A DNA stretch of 64,000 nucleotides from Acidimicrobiia bacterium (GTDB lineage: Bacteria > Actinomycetota > Acidimicrobiia > IMCC26256 > JAENVU01), in contig JANPMG010000002.1 in NCBI GenBank assembly GCA_031422675.1, positions 4,379-68,378 on the forward strand, written 5' to 3'. The notes beneath the pieces are model-generated. The model was not told the DNA's origin, did not search any database, and saw only the letters and a list, made by a program, of their open reading frames with translations. The first letter of the stretch is position 1. The number at the start of each line of letters is the position of its first letter. Both the position numbers and the translations under genes were made by a program. Shown here piece by piece: positions 63,941 to 64,000 of this stretch.

Positions 63941-64000
63941 ATGATCGAGTTCACGAAGGCGCAGGCGCGACGGATCGCGCTCGGTGCCCAGGGCTTCGGT
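63941..64000 (+). CDS. Start of a possible YcaQ/AlkZ-like (DUF1006, winged-helix) protein; runs off the right edge
   Basis: MIEFTKAQARRIALGAQGFG resembles the conserved N-terminus (..AR...L..QGL) of YcaQ-family proteins. Only 20 codons are visible. Confidence 0.4.
   Translation, partial: MIEFTKAQARRIALGAQGFG

Overview
This is a 64 kb, gene-dense, high-GC window (roughly 68-70% by eye) that looks actinobacterial; the many sulfatases and secreted repeat proteins hint at an Acidimicrobiia-like marine lineage, which I cannot confirm. All functional calls come from reading motifs in the translations by eye, with no database search. I support about 50 protein-coding genes on both strands. Many are joined by ATGA/GTGA start-stop overlaps, which suggests operons. 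I found no rRNA, tRNA, CRISPR array, transposase or integrase.

Main blocks:
- 1-7464: amidohydrolase, aldehyde dehydrogenase, trmL, an AhpD-like protein with a decayed LtrA, and a ChsH/Ltp2-like hydratase-aldolase cluster.
- 7495-14638: an RTX-repeat secreted protein behind a NarL-type two-component system, a DinB-like protein plus P450, an acyl-CoA dehydrogenase and a VOC protein.
- 14628-20652: a 1299-aa tandem-cyclase STAND/TPR protein, a cadherin-like secreted protein and cspA.
- 20775-23479: a siderophore-interacting reductase, a TlpA/DsbE-like lipoprotein, a 745-bp structured noncoding region and a Doc/RHH toxin-antitoxin pair.
- 23503-35043: a nine-gene minus-strand cluster with two sulfatases, SRPBCC, a DapA-like protein, an OYE flavoprotein, an acetyltransferase fusion, an SCP2-like protein, a GS-like ligase and a PuuD-like hydrolase.
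- 35300-50017: GH4 glycosidase, decayed genes and assorted enzymes.
- 50180-56786: a signalling locus with two paralogous NarL-type regulators (one fused to a cyclase), a stand-alone receiver, a polytopic GAF kinase, an orphan ABC ATPase and a cNMP-binding protein.
- 56950-62220: a 1756-aa secreted protein built from three tandem modules.
- 62281-64000: DNA-glycosylase-like genes and a lipoprotein.

The strongest lead is an in-frame TGA exactly at the first Cys of the WCxxC motif of the TlpA/DsbE-like lipoprotein, with a small hairpin 10 nt downstream. This makes it a candidate selenoprotein. Other leads are a REP-like 20-bp palindrome family, 37-nt direct repeats in the long noncoding region, the cyclase / cNMP-binding gene pair, and several disrupted genes that may reflect gene decay or assembly errors.
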